Shown: positions 1-8,629 of the stretch, in pieces
How positions within the stretch are numbered: the stretch's first letter is position 1
Layout of the letters: the number at the start of each line of letters is the position of its first letter
From: a virus
Strand: one strand, 5' to 3'
Virus record (IMG/VR): IMGVR_UViG_3300036943_000185
DNA: 31,371 nucleotides
Translations under genes and position numbers: made by a program
The notes under the pieces: model-generated
What the model saw: only the letters and a program-made list of their open reading frames with translations
Databases searched by the model: none
Told to the model about the DNA's origin: nothing

Positions 1-654
1 GTTAAGTTCACGGTTAATATCTGAAAGATTCTTTAACAGTGGATGTGGTTTCTTATTCTTAAACGAACCACCTTTGTTATCGAACCCTACGATTTCTTCA
101 AGTACCATACCTTCATCTGCGATTGCTTTCTCTGCCCTATATCTTTTTATGAATAGGAAAGCGACAGATTCAAGCATACCACCTTGGAGTATGTCATCGT
201 CTATTTTATATTTCTCACGTAAAGCCATAACGTCATCGTAGATTTGCTTCTCGATTACACATTCGTCATTTTCACTGTCGTTGATACGATTTTTACATTC
301 GAAATCTTTACAACGTCTACATCTTACGAACATGTTTAGATTCATACCATAACCTACGTTTGGTGGATAAACATTATTTTTCACTTTGTCCTTAAGTTTC
401 TCTACCTTCTTAGGATTTCCTTGGTGTAACTTACATCGATGGTATCCTTCGATAGGTTGGTTACGACATGGTTGACCTGTACTTCTGTCAAGTGCACCAC
501 ATATCACATAACCTAAGGTCTTCTCCATTTGCTGTATACGTTCACGCCATTTAGTGTTAGTTCTGGTTTTGTCTATCCTACCTGTTAGTGGATGAGTTGC
601 CCTACGCATACGAATATTGAACGCACCCTTTTGGGACTCACCATTAGTCGTCAT
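1..654 (-). CDS. Putative terminase small subunit with N-terminal HGGxSTG-like Zn finger (partial, runs off window start; missing from ORF track)
   Basis: Manual translation from ATG 654 is open to position 1 (218 codons): MTTNGESQKGAFNIRMRR...ICGALDRSTGQPCRNQPIEGYHRCKLHQG...CRRCKDFEC...GGSFKNKKPHPLLKNLSDINRELN. The CGA..G.PC...RC.LH.G finger and the K.HPLL motif are typical of TerS-like proteins. Confidence 0.6.
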   Translation of the reverse strand, partial: MTTNGESQKGAFNIRMRRATHPLTGRIDKTRTNTKWRERIQQMEKTLGYVICGALDRSTGQPCRNQPIEGYHRCKLHQGNPKKVEKLKDKVKNNVYPPNVGYGMNLNMFVRCRRCKDFECKNRINDSENDECVIEKQIYDDVMALREKYKIDDDILQGGMLESVAFLFIKRYRAEKAIADEGMVLEEIVGFDNKGGSFKNKKPHPLLKNLSDINRELN

Positions 655-678
655 ATGCTACTATCTATGTTCTTAATA

Positions 679-697
679 CTATTTAAATGTTTCGGTT
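679..697 (-). promoter_or_regulatory. Putative archaeal BRE/TATA promoter for the minus-strand (late) gene
   Basis: Minus strand reads CCGAAACATTTAAATAG about 25-30 nt upstream of ATG 654. Confidence 0.45.
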
Positions 698-734
698 ATA
701 CTATCTAAATTTGATTGTAATGTTAACTATTTCT

Positions 735-779
735 AACGAAAGTTATTTATAGTATGAAGTCGTAGAGTAGTACTGACAA
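735..779 (+). promoter_or_regulatory. Putative archaeal promoter plus conserved downstream box (copy 1)
   Basis: AACGAAAGTTATTTATAGTATGA (BRE+TATA). Positions 744-779 match the minus strand of 12787-12822 at 32/36 nt. Confidence 0.55.
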
Positions 780-939
780 GTTTCGCACTACACACTACTA
801 TCTAAGATAGACATAAACATACTAAGACATACGTGCATAGACTCACACAATTCTGAACCGACCTTCGGTTTCGGTTCAAGTCGTGAACAGTCGCACACTA
901 CCTAAGTACAGTCGTGACTTAACATGAACAATCTTATAC

Positions 940-1086
940 ATGCTTGCAACTATTATCATTTTAATAACAATAGACGTTATATTAGCAATCGTAATAACGT
1001 ACAATACCGTTAACATGTATGAATATTTTTTAACTGTGATTATCTTAACGTATATAATTTTACTACGTAAATTAGATGAAATTTAA
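940..1086 (+). CDS. Small hydrophobic (two-TM) protein, 48 aa
   Basis: MLATIIILITIDVILAIVITYNTVNMYEYFLTVIILTYIILLRKLDEI; lies downstream of the 735-779 promoter; no clear RBS. Confidence 0.3.
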   Translation: MLATIIILITIDVILAIVITYNTVNMYEYFLTVIILTYIILLRKLDEI

Positions 1087-1494
1087 GTCTTTACATCGTT
1101 GCTTTTTCGATGTGTGTATATTTTGAAATAGACGTTTTATTTATAAATGTTTATATACTACGATAGTAAAATCGTTGTTCTCTGACTGTCTGGACAAAGA
1201 CTGTTCCTACACTGTTCGTACACTTCTTACGTTAACGTTTGTATAACAAAGCACGTCTACATTAGTGTACATATACTAACGTTTATGTTCACTTATGTTT
1301 GCTTACAATCGCTTATTATCGCTTTACAGTATCTTACTATTGCTTTATAGTCGCTTAGGTCGTTGTAACAAAATCAGACAATCGCTAACAACAAGTGTAA
1401 TGTTGAGTTCTTAAGTCGTTGTAAAATAGTACTACCATATTTATAAACTACCCCACCTATGAACACGACTATGTACTCTATCACTCCCTACCTA

Positions 1495-1946
1495 TGTACA
1501 TTATGTCACATCATACTATTACATATCTACATATACCTACATTAATGTACATGTATGTACAATGAACAATGACTATATGTCTACATTAGTGTACACATGT
1601 GTACATTAGTCTACATCTATGTACATGTATATTGTATCAAATATAACCAGTGGTAATATATGGTTATGTGTAATATTACTGACAGTAATAATTTGGTAAA
1701 TGTACACATATGTACATTGATGTAATGGTTATGTACATTTTTATTCTATTATGGTATTGTCATAATGTATCATTAAACAAATAACATAGTATCATTGAAT
1801 AGATAACATAAACCTACATAAGACTACATAAACCAACATCTACCTACATCATGATAACATTAACAGTTACATATTAAGACTACATCTATATTCTTATACT
1901 ATCTGTAATAAAAACCAATACCAACAAAAGACTACATAATTGTACA
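1495..1946. repeat. TGTACA / CTACAT-rich low-complexity non-coding repeat region
   Basis: TGTACA at 1495, 1546, 1556, 1590, 1600, 1620, 1701, 1711, 1732 and 1941; perfect 16-bp palindrome TGTACACATGTGTACA at 1590-1605; 17-bp direct repeat GTCTACATTAGTGTACA at 1255 and 1579. Confidence 0.75.
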
Positions 1947-2029
1947 ATAAGATAAAGGATAGATAAAACGACAACAACATAACCAATTACATTATTCCTA
2001 TATACATTAGTAACAACAAAAAACAGTCG

Positions 2030-2248
2030 ACTGCTATCGGTTTTAAATTAACCTAAAAGTATAATTTGTTATGGGTATCGGATTATGGTTACTGCTATCG
2101 ATTTTTAACCTATCGTTAACACATAGTCACTAATAGGTTAACGTATTTTATCCTAATTGTACTATCGTATTGTCTCAAATAGGATAAAAGTAAATTTTAA
2201 CATTTAAAACTAAAAGAACTTTAATTATCGTTACTGCTATCGTTTTTT
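2030..2248. repeat. Three ACTGCTATCG direct repeats, each followed by a T-tract
   Basis: Exact copies at 2030-2039, 2091-2100 and 2233-2242, upstream of the first plus-strand gene. Confidence 0.75.
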
Positions 2249-2353
2249 ACCAATAGTCTTTTATATATCGATGTGTTTATATGGTATACAATCGTATAGG
2301 GCAATGTTGATTTTTTAAAATCAGCATATCGTATAATGGAATAGGTGAATAAA

Positions 2354-3052
2354 ATGAATACAAAAGAATTGGTGGATAGTATAGGCATGTCTAAGACAGA
2401 TATCAGTAAAGCAATTGCAGACTCCAAAAACATGAAATCCTACCGTAGTGTCCTTAATTGGAGTAATGATAGGATATTCAATGAGTACAACCAATATGTT
2501 ATTGGTACTCAGCAACAGCAACAACAACAACCAGTAATGGAACAACAACAGCAACAACAACCAGTACAACATAACAAACCATTACAGGAAGGTGACATAA
2601 AAGAAGTGAATGGACAGCAATTCCTTTACACTAATGGTACATTAGTACCAATTGCCAGCAATCAGCCAGTACGCAACACTCAACAACAACAAACCGAACA
2701 ACAGCCAGTACCTAAATACCACCTTATCAATGGCTACTCCAGACATACTCCAGTGGGTGAGGCAATAGAGGAATTGAATGATAATTACGAATTAGTTGCT
2801 TATGGCATGCCTAAGCCAGACGGTGAACCGTCATCTTTCATAGTTGTTATGGAGAAAGACACTGGCTTTTATAGAACCGTATTCCTGAATGTCAGCATAG
2901 CGAGTGGAAGGGTAGTGGCTGGAGTAGGCAAAACACGTTTTACACGTGATGAACTACTCCAAAAACTATCTGGTTCTACTCGAAAAGGTGAACCATACCT
3001 AAAAGCAGATTATAGAAAGTATCTAAATTCCGCATTGCCTAAGAGTAGGTAA
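2354..3052 (+). CDS. Hypothetical protein with poly-Gln/QQPV low-complexity linker
   Basis: ATG 2354 follows GGTGA; contains Q7 and Q6 tracts and four (Q/N)QPV units; followed by an oligo-T tract. Confidence 0.8.
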   Translation: MNTKELVDSIGMSKTDISKAIADSKNMKSYRSVLNWSNDRIFNEYNQYVIGTQQQQQQQPVMEQQQQQQPVQHNKPLQEGDIKEVNGQQFLYTNGTLVPIASNQPVRNTQQQQTEQQPVPKYHLINGYSRHTPVGEAIEELNDNYELVAYGMPKPDGEPSSFIVVMEKDTGFYRTVFLNVSIASGRVVAGVGKTRFTRDELLQKLSGSTRKGEPYLKADYRKYLNSALPKSR

Positions 3053-3060
3053 TGCTACTA

Positions 3061-3068
3061 TTTTTTTT
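3061..3068 (+). terminator. Archaeal-type oligo-T terminator
   Basis: T8 run just after the stop at 3052; similar T-rich tracts follow 3299, 14042 and 22952. Confidence 0.5.
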
Positions 3069-3107
3069 ATCCAGATTAACTTATTTTAATATTTTAAGAG
3101 GTATAAA

Positions 3108-3299
3108 ATGAACACAAAAATCCAGATAAACGACAATTGCATAAGTACTTTTGATATGTGCTTAATCGGTGGTATAATCCATTATGTAGTTAGCATATAC
3201 GAATCGGATAATAACCAATATGTAAAAACTCGATATGGTATTAGTACACCAATACTGAGACATGCATTAGTTAAAATGCTTGATGCGGAATTTTATTAA
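3108..3299 (+). CDS. Hypothetical protein
   Basis: 63-aa ORF, GAGGT RBS, followed by T-tract. Confidence 0.65.
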   Translation: MNTKIQINDNCISTFDMCLIGGIIHYVVSIYESDNNQYVKTRYGISTPILRHALVKMLDAEFY

Positions 3300-3750
3300 C
3301 TATTTTTTTAATCACTCATACTTATTTTTATTTTTTAATAAGTATAATCTCATATATCCATTATATTAAGACTTTTTAATTTTTGAATGGTATAATACCT
3401 ATAATTAAAAAAATCCTCTTAGAATGGATATATGACACTATTAAGACTATATCCTTATTGTATTTCATCCTTCAATATGAGATATAGCATTTTATCATTT
3501 ATTGTTAGTATCAAATCGAATAAAATATTAACAATAAATGGATCTTAAATAATTGTTTGTATCCGAACTAACAATTACTGGATACATACACTTGAATGTA
3601 TACATTTGAATATATGTCCATAGATGACAAAAAAATAAAATTTGATATGAGGATGACCACAGGGTGCATGCAGAAATTTCTGCGGCAAAAATCATTTTTT
3701 AAGATTGTCATTATATCAATTTTACTTTAATTAATCATGGAGTGAATGAA

Positions 3751-4002
3751 ATGGAAAGCATACATAAAACACAAGTTATCTTGCATAGAGTTGTAAACAA
3801 TTATTTTAATATTAGGTGTGAATGTTTAGATTATGAACAGGAAATGCCTGAGAATGCTGTTGAAATAGCATTTAATCAAGCAAGAACATGGTTACACAAT
3901 CGTGTTCAAAAAAGTGAGCGTAATAATAAAGTATATAACGGTGAATTCAAATTTCACCAGAATACCCTATGGGGTATGATGATGTTTAATGAGGTGATTT
4001 AA
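3751..4002 (+). CDS. Hypothetical protein
   Basis: ORF-track frame; ATG 3751 follows GGAGTGA; first gene of a tightly packed run. Confidence 0.65.
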   Translation: MESIHKTQVILHRVVNNYFNIRCECLDYEQEMPENAVEIAFNQARTWLHNRVQKSERNNKVYNGEFKFHQNTLWGMMMFNEVI

Positions 4003-4251
4003 ATGGAATCAGAATATGTTGAAGGTAAAAGAGTAATTGCAATAAATCAAAGCAATTATCCTACAATAGTTGAAGTATACGGTGTTGATTATGACATTAC
4101 CGATTCAGTAGTTTTTGGTAGTAATGCTGACAAAGGTGAAGTAATGTCATCTACTATCAAAGCCGATGAACATAATCCATTTAGAGTGTATTTTGAATAC
4201 AATGGTGATAAATATTATCTTGATGAATGCATGACTATTGGATGTGATTGA
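4003..4251 (+). CDS. Hypothetical protein
   Basis: 82 aa, GAGGTGA RBS, abuts the upstream stop. Confidence 0.7.
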   Translation: MESEYVEGKRVIAINQSNYPTIVEVYGVDYDITDSVVFGSNADKGEVMSSTIKADEHNPFRVYFEYNGDKYYLDECMTIGCD

Positions 4252-4253
4252 GT

Positions 4254-4421
4254 ATGCCAATGTATAAACTGAAAACATTGAATGAACATGGTGAGTATGG
4301 TCATACATACATCATCGTTGCTTCAGATAGATTTGAAGCATGTAAAGAAGTTAGAAACAGAATAGGTAGTAATGATGTGATTAAGTCATGTATTATTGTC
4401 AATAACTGGGAAGGTGAATGA
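4254..4421 (+). CDS. Small hypothetical protein (55 aa, not in track)
   Basis: MPMYKLKTLNEHGEYG...NNWEGE; fills the gap and overlaps the next start as ATGA. Confidence 0.6.
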   Translation: MPMYKLKTLNEHGEYGHTYIIVASDRFEACKEVRNRIGSNDVIKSCIIVNNWEGE

Positions 4422-4684
4422 ACATGAATGAAACAGCAGAAGAAATATGGAAACGACATGTTAAAGGTGTCAATATCATGACACCAGATGCATTGGACTA
4501 CATAAGAACAGATGATGATTTGTTGATAGAACTTGCAGAGGGTACAGACTTCAGTGGCAATGCTATATATGGTGTATCAGTACGTAGATACAATGAAGAT
4601 GATGATAGCATTGAACATACTGGAAATTCAGATATGTTCAGAAGATATGATAAAGCAGTTGAATACATCGATGAATTGATGTGA
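4418..4684 (+). CDS. Acidic hypothetical protein
   Basis: 88 aa, GGTGA RBS. Confidence 0.7.
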   Translation: MNMNETAEEIWKRHVKGVNIMTPDALDYIRTDDDLLIELAEGTDFSGNAIYGVSVRRYNEDDDSIEHTGNSDMFRRYDKAVEYIDELM

Positions 4685-4689
4685 TTAAC

Positions 4690-4845
4690 ATGGGAAGAAG
4701 CACGTTATTTAAGTACAATGTACATGAAGAAAACGTTAATAGGAAACGTTATGAAATGCTTAAACAAGCGGATGAACAACAGTGTTCGAGACTGTCTGAA
4801 CAACGACAGTCCTTAATGGAACTTCAACATAACTTCTAGAAGTGA
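4690..4845 (+). CDS. Small hypothetical protein ending TAG-AAG-TGA
   Basis: MGRSTLFKY...LQHNF then TAG (4837-4839), AAG, TGA; a backup stop lies two codons after the TAG. Confidence 0.5.
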
Positions 4846-4850
4846 TAGCA

Positions 4851-5000
4851 ATGTCTAAGTATTGTCCAGCATGTATTGAGTGTACCGATTGTGATACACT
4901 TTTATGTGCTATATCAATGCGTAAATGTGAACACACTACTGGAACATGTAAGATTTGGCATGATAGTAAATTGAAATATCGTAAGCAGAATAGTGGGTGA
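4851..5000 (+). CDS. Small Cys-rich protein (49 aa)
   Basis: MSKYCPACIECTDCDTLLCAISMRKCEHTTGTC... Confidence 0.55.
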   Translation: MSKYCPACIECTDCDTLLCAISMRKCEHTTGTCKIWHDSKLKYRKQNSG

Positions 5001-5006
5001 TTAATT

Positions 5007-5174
5007 ATGAGATTAATAAGCAATGAAATGAGTTGGGTTGAACTATTGGTGTTTTTTATAATATCCGTAGTAATCTACATTTTATTCTATGGTATCATAA
5101 TATCTGGAATAATAATATTTGTAGGTTGGGTACTTGGTATTGATGTTATTGAGTTGGTGATGCAATGGCGTTAA
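5007..5174 (+). CDS. Small membrane protein (55 aa)
   Basis: Long hydrophobic stretch LLVFFIISVVIYILFYGIIISGIIIFVGWVLGI; GGTGA RBS. Confidence 0.6.
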   Translation: MRLISNEMSWVELLVFFIISVVIYILFYGIIISGIIIFVGWVLGIDVIELVMQWR

Positions 5175-5431
5175 CACATAATGATAGCATATCGTTTGCT
5201 ATAAAAGGTAACATTGGTTACGTGTACAGTGATAGAAGTAAGTATGGTAGCGATACACCTATTGCTACATATCCAAATTGTCGTAACATTGATGATGTAG
5301 CAAACAGATTTTATGAATACGACAAACGTACATTATGTATGGGACAGGAAGATATGCAGAAAGTTCGGCATAATAATTACAATGTGACTACATTGATTGA
5401 TGAATTGAATAAGAAGTACAACATGAGATGA
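5165..5431 (+). CDS. Hypothetical protein
   Basis: 88 aa, GGTGA RBS, part of the operon-like run. Confidence 0.7.
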   Translation: MALTHNDSISFAIKGNIGYVYSDRSKYGSDTPIATYPNCRNIDDVANRFYEYDKRTLCMGQEDMQKVRHNNYNVTTLIDELNKKYNMR

Positions 5432-5435
5432 TAAT

Positions 5436-5738
5436 ATGATGATTGAAATTTCAGAGCAAGACATTAAAGAAATCATACGTAACAACATGAAAGATGACAT
5501 TGAATTAATCATAGAAGAAGAAATGTATGAGGATGCTATCAGGAATGCAGTTAGGAAAGCGTTGATTGAACACATCAAATCAGATGAAGGACAAGAACAG
5601 ATTAAGAAATCATTCAAAGAATATTACATAGATGACGGTATTTGGACAGAATGTGATGATGTATATGAAGCAGTTAATGAAAGAATGGCAAAAATTGTTG
5701 AGAATATGTTTGACCAAGTGAAACTTGTACAGAAATAA
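5436..5738 (+). CDS. Helical hypothetical protein
   Basis: 100-aa ORF in the operon-like run. Confidence 0.7.
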   Translation: MMIEISEQDIKEIIRNNMKDDIELIIEEEMYEDAIRNAVRKALIEHIKSDEGQEQIKKSFKEYYIDDGIWTECDDVYEAVNERMAKIVENMFDQVKLVQK

Positions 5739-5750
5739 AGGTGATTAAAC

Positions 5751-6068
5751 ATGGATGAAGATGGATTCAGAGATTACATAACAGACAGAATGTCATTGAT
5801 ATTACGTAATAATTATGAAGTACAACAAGGGATAATCAATTCATTTAGGGAAGGTGATATAACATCACCTGATGACTTGCAATGTTACATTGAAACAACA
5901 TATTTTATAAACGAAATCAAACGTGATTATGGACAATATGTATACATCATTGATAAAGATGTGTACAGTCAGATTGACATGGACTATGTTGATTTTGCAG
6001 TTATATACGATGAATTCATGGAATATATAAAAGAGTTTGATGAGCAAGAAATTTCATTGTACGCCTAA
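5751..6068 (+). CDS. Acidic hypothetical protein
   Basis: 105 aa, AGGTGA RBS. Confidence 0.7.
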   Translation: MDEDGFRDYITDRMSLILRNNYEVQQGIINSFREGDITSPDDLQCYIETTYFINEIKRDYGQYVYIIDKDVYSQIDMDYVDFAVIYDEFMEYIKEFDEQEISLYA

Positions 6069-6221
6069 TGGAGGTGGAACAGGCAGAATTCAGAGGGGAA
6101 CAGAACTATGCGAAACAAAGGAACAGTGTGTAAAAAAAATCAAAGAAAAAGAAAAGGAAACTAATAATGAACAAACAAGGAATTGATGGATAGACTTTCT
6201 AAAACATGAGGATTTGATAAA

Positions 6222-6527
6222 ATGAACGATGATGATAGAAACAAACTGATAACTAAAAGTCAGTATTAGCATAGGATGAATAGACGTGCAGCAGATGAAG
6301 TGGGTGATTATGAAAGGTTTATGTACATTCGTGATACTGGATTGATGACTACACAGCATGACATAAATGAACAAGCAAGCGAAAATCCAAGTATAGTACG
6401 ATTACATTTAAATCCAGGGTTATGGTTTCCAATATGGGAAAACGGTGAGTACATCGGACAAGTAGCAATGAGTGAATACGAAATGTTTGGTAAAGGACAA
6501 TTGAGATTGGATGATTACCAGAATTAA
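6222..6527 (+). CDS. Hypothetical protein with probable in-frame TAG at codon 16
   Basis: ATG 6222 (GAGGA upstream) reads MNDDDRNKLITKSQY-TAG(6267)-HR and continues in frame into the track ORF 6276-6527, whose ATG lacks a properly spaced RBS. Confidence 0.55.
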
Positions 6528-6628
6528 TCATCATCTCTTTTATTTTTGTGAAAGGTATGTATGCATTGATTTTAGCACAGTTAATGCCAATGTATGCTAC
6601 CCATAAGAACTAAAGGAGAAATGAACAA

Positions 6629-6886
6629 ATGGCAACAGAAATTAGAGTAGGTATGGGTAACGAGAGAGAATTTGTAAACATGGATGAACTCAAAGAAGAA
6701 CTTGACAGAGTTGATGTAACATATGGCGATGTCATCTATGCAGCATTTGATGTAACTGCTGATTCAGTCAATACAAATCATGGTGTAAAGAATACATCTG
6801 ATATTGTATCTGATGAAACAGTAGCGGTGATGGTATCAGCACCTAAATCTGGTGGTGGTATGTCCACAAATGTTCACATGGTATAA
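6629..6886 (+). CDS. Ubiquitin-like (beta-grasp) protein precursor with G75-G76-G77 and a C-terminal extension
   Basis: 85 aa; beta-beta-alpha-beta pattern; ends ...SDETVAVMVSAPKSGG-GMSTNVHMV; strong AAAGGAG RBS; lies directly upstream of the E2, JAB and E1 genes. Confidence 0.7.
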   Translation: MATEIRVGMGNEREFVNMDELKEELDRVDVTYGDVIYAAFDVTADSVNTNHGVKNTSDIVSDETVAVMVSAPKSGGGMSTNVHMV

Positions 6887-6889
6887 ATA

Positions 6890-6924
6890 AAATGTGGGTA
6901 TAATTACCCACATTTAATATTTTT
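6890..6924 (+). terminator. Perfect 11-bp hairpin plus T-tract between the Ubl and E2 genes
   Basis: AAATGTGGGTA-TAAT-TACCCACATTT followed by AATATTTTT. Confidence 0.6.
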
Positions 6925-6940
6925 AAATGGAGATGATTAA

Positions 6941-7846
6941 ATGAAATTGGTAATTGATACGTTATGCACATATCATTTTGAAGATGATGATGGCAATGTC
7001 ATCGACAAAAAACAAATGCAAATGAACATACCCGAAAAGGATTTCAAACGTGAAGGACATGGTTCACTTGAAATTGAAATTAAAGTAGATTTCTATGAAT
7101 TATGTGATGAATTACAAATGCTTGATTTCGTGAATAGTGTTGATTATAATTTAGAGGATAAATGTTTTGAAATATATTGTACTGGAATTGAAGATGTACA
7201 TGAAGAACATGATGCATATGATTCAGATTGTAATATCAATATTGTTCCATATAAGGTATGCTTATTTGATGGTGGGCAATTATTAGTATTACCAACTGAT
7301 GGATTAAATTGTGGGTTTCATAGTGTACATCCAAACATAAGTAGTGATGGTGATATATGTTGGGGTGGTTCGTTTGGTATCATTGATGATTACGTAGAAA
7401 GCGGTGATATAATTATGTTTATGTTATCGTTACGTGATTTCATGAGCAAATGGTCAGCAGAAAATCCATTTTATAATCCAGTAAGTGTAAATCCATGTAG
7501 TCACTGTACACATGATGGATGCTTTGAGTTGTTATGTTGGTGCAGAGATTGTGCTGATTTCGATAGTTTCACATGTGTTGAGTGTAATCGTAGAGCAACT
7601 GTTGATATACCTTGGGCTAAATCAGAGATACATGATGTAGAAGAACGCTATGAAGGGCAATTGGATGATATACTTAATGACTTCAATTGCACAGATGGAG
7701 TAATTTGCCATGATACATACAACAAAACCATCGTGTTTGATGCAACGATTATGAACATAGTTGATTGGTTAGTAAACATAAATAAAAATGAAGTTGAATT
7801 ACATGAAGATGTACGTAATTTGATGGAAACACTTGAATTAATATAA
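6941..7846 (+). CDS. E2/UBC-like conjugating enzyme with C-terminal 8-Cys domain
   Basis: HPNISSDGDICWG matches the UBC HPN(I/V)xxxGxIC motif (Cys140); Cys at 186, 189, 194, 199, 201, 204, 212 and 215. Confidence 0.8.
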   Translation: MKLVIDTLCTYHFEDDDGNVIDKKQMQMNIPEKDFKREGHGSLEIEIKVDFYELCDELQMLDFVNSVDYNLEDKCFEIYCTGIEDVHEEHDAYDSDCNINIVPYKVCLFDGGQLLVLPTDGLNCGFHSVHPNISSDGDICWGGSFGIIDDYVESGDIIMFMLSLRDFMSKWSAENPFYNPVSVNPCSHCTHDGCFELLCWCRDCADFDSFTCVECNRRATVDIPWAKSEIHDVEERYEGQLDDILNDFNCTDGVICHDTYNKTIVFDATIMNIVDWLVNINKNEVELHEDVRNLMETLELI

Positions 7847-8629
7847 ATGGAGATGAATAAAATGGAAGTAGGAATATATATACCAAGAGATGTATGGACA
7901 GATATATGGACAATGATTAGTGTATGTAAACTTGAAGTAGGTGCACTAATGAGTTGTAGCATTGATAAAGATAATGGTATGATTACCGTAGATGAAATAT
8001 TTATACCATCACAGGAAGTAACTGGTGGTACATGTGATTTCGATAAGAACCAAGATGAAGGACTGTATGGTACAGATGATATATTAACGGAAGCGTTGAT
8101 GAGAGATGTTCATGTACCAATAAATGGTTGGGTACATAGCCATGTTAATATGAATACAAACTTTAGTTCAATCGATGATGACAACATTGAGAAATGGTTG
8201 GATTACAATAATGATTATTACGTTAGTATATGCGTAAATAAAAAGAAAGAAATTACTGGTAGAGTTGATATGCTGGTAGACACACCATTCACGTCTGAAC
8301 CTGAACATGTAACGATAGATGATGTAAATATCATGGTTGAAGAATGGTACAGTCCAAAAGTTATGGATTGGTTAAATACAGAAGGTGTGATACGTGAGAA
8401 GAAGTTTACTTACAAAAAGAAAGGTAAAAGTAAAGTTACAACTGTAACGTATAACAACGTTGAGTTGACATCAAGTAACAAACGTGAAGTACTTGAATGG
8501 GATGGTGTACAAGCACAATCAATGACAGATAAACAAATTGATGCATATTGGGATAAGCATAATTATAGTGAAGAAGATTACGATGAATATATTGAAAGTT
8601 TCGTTGAAATGTATTCACAGTTCAGGTGA
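7847..8629 (+). CDS. JAB/JAMM (MPN+) metalloprotease
   Basis: N-terminal Glu (KLEVGAL) and an exact HxHx7Sx2D motif, HSHVNMNTNFSSID (H97, H99, S107, D110). Confidence 0.9.
   Translation: MEMNKMEVGIYIPRDVWTDIWTMISVCKLEVGALMSCSIDKDNGMITVDEIFIPSQEVTGGTCDFDKNQDEGLYGTDDILTEALMRDVHVPINGWVHSHVNMNTNFSSIDDDNIEKWLDYNNDYYVSICVNKKKEITGRVDMLVDTPFTSEPEHVTIDDVNIMVEEWYSPKVMDWLNTEGVIREKKFTYKKKGKSKVTTVTYNNVELTSSNKREVLEWDGVQAQSMTDKQIDAYWDKHNYSEEDYDEYIESFVEMYSQFR

Noticed and set aside
3300-3741. Short ORFs in the 3.3-3.7 kb gap on either strand
   Set aside because: Frames under 40 codons without RBS or typical codon usage; treated as terminator/promoter region.
7496-7585. Calling the E2 Cys domain a canonical RING E3
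   Set aside because: Spacing between ligands 3-4 (x4) and 4-5 (x1) does not fit the RING consensus; kept only as a hypothesis.
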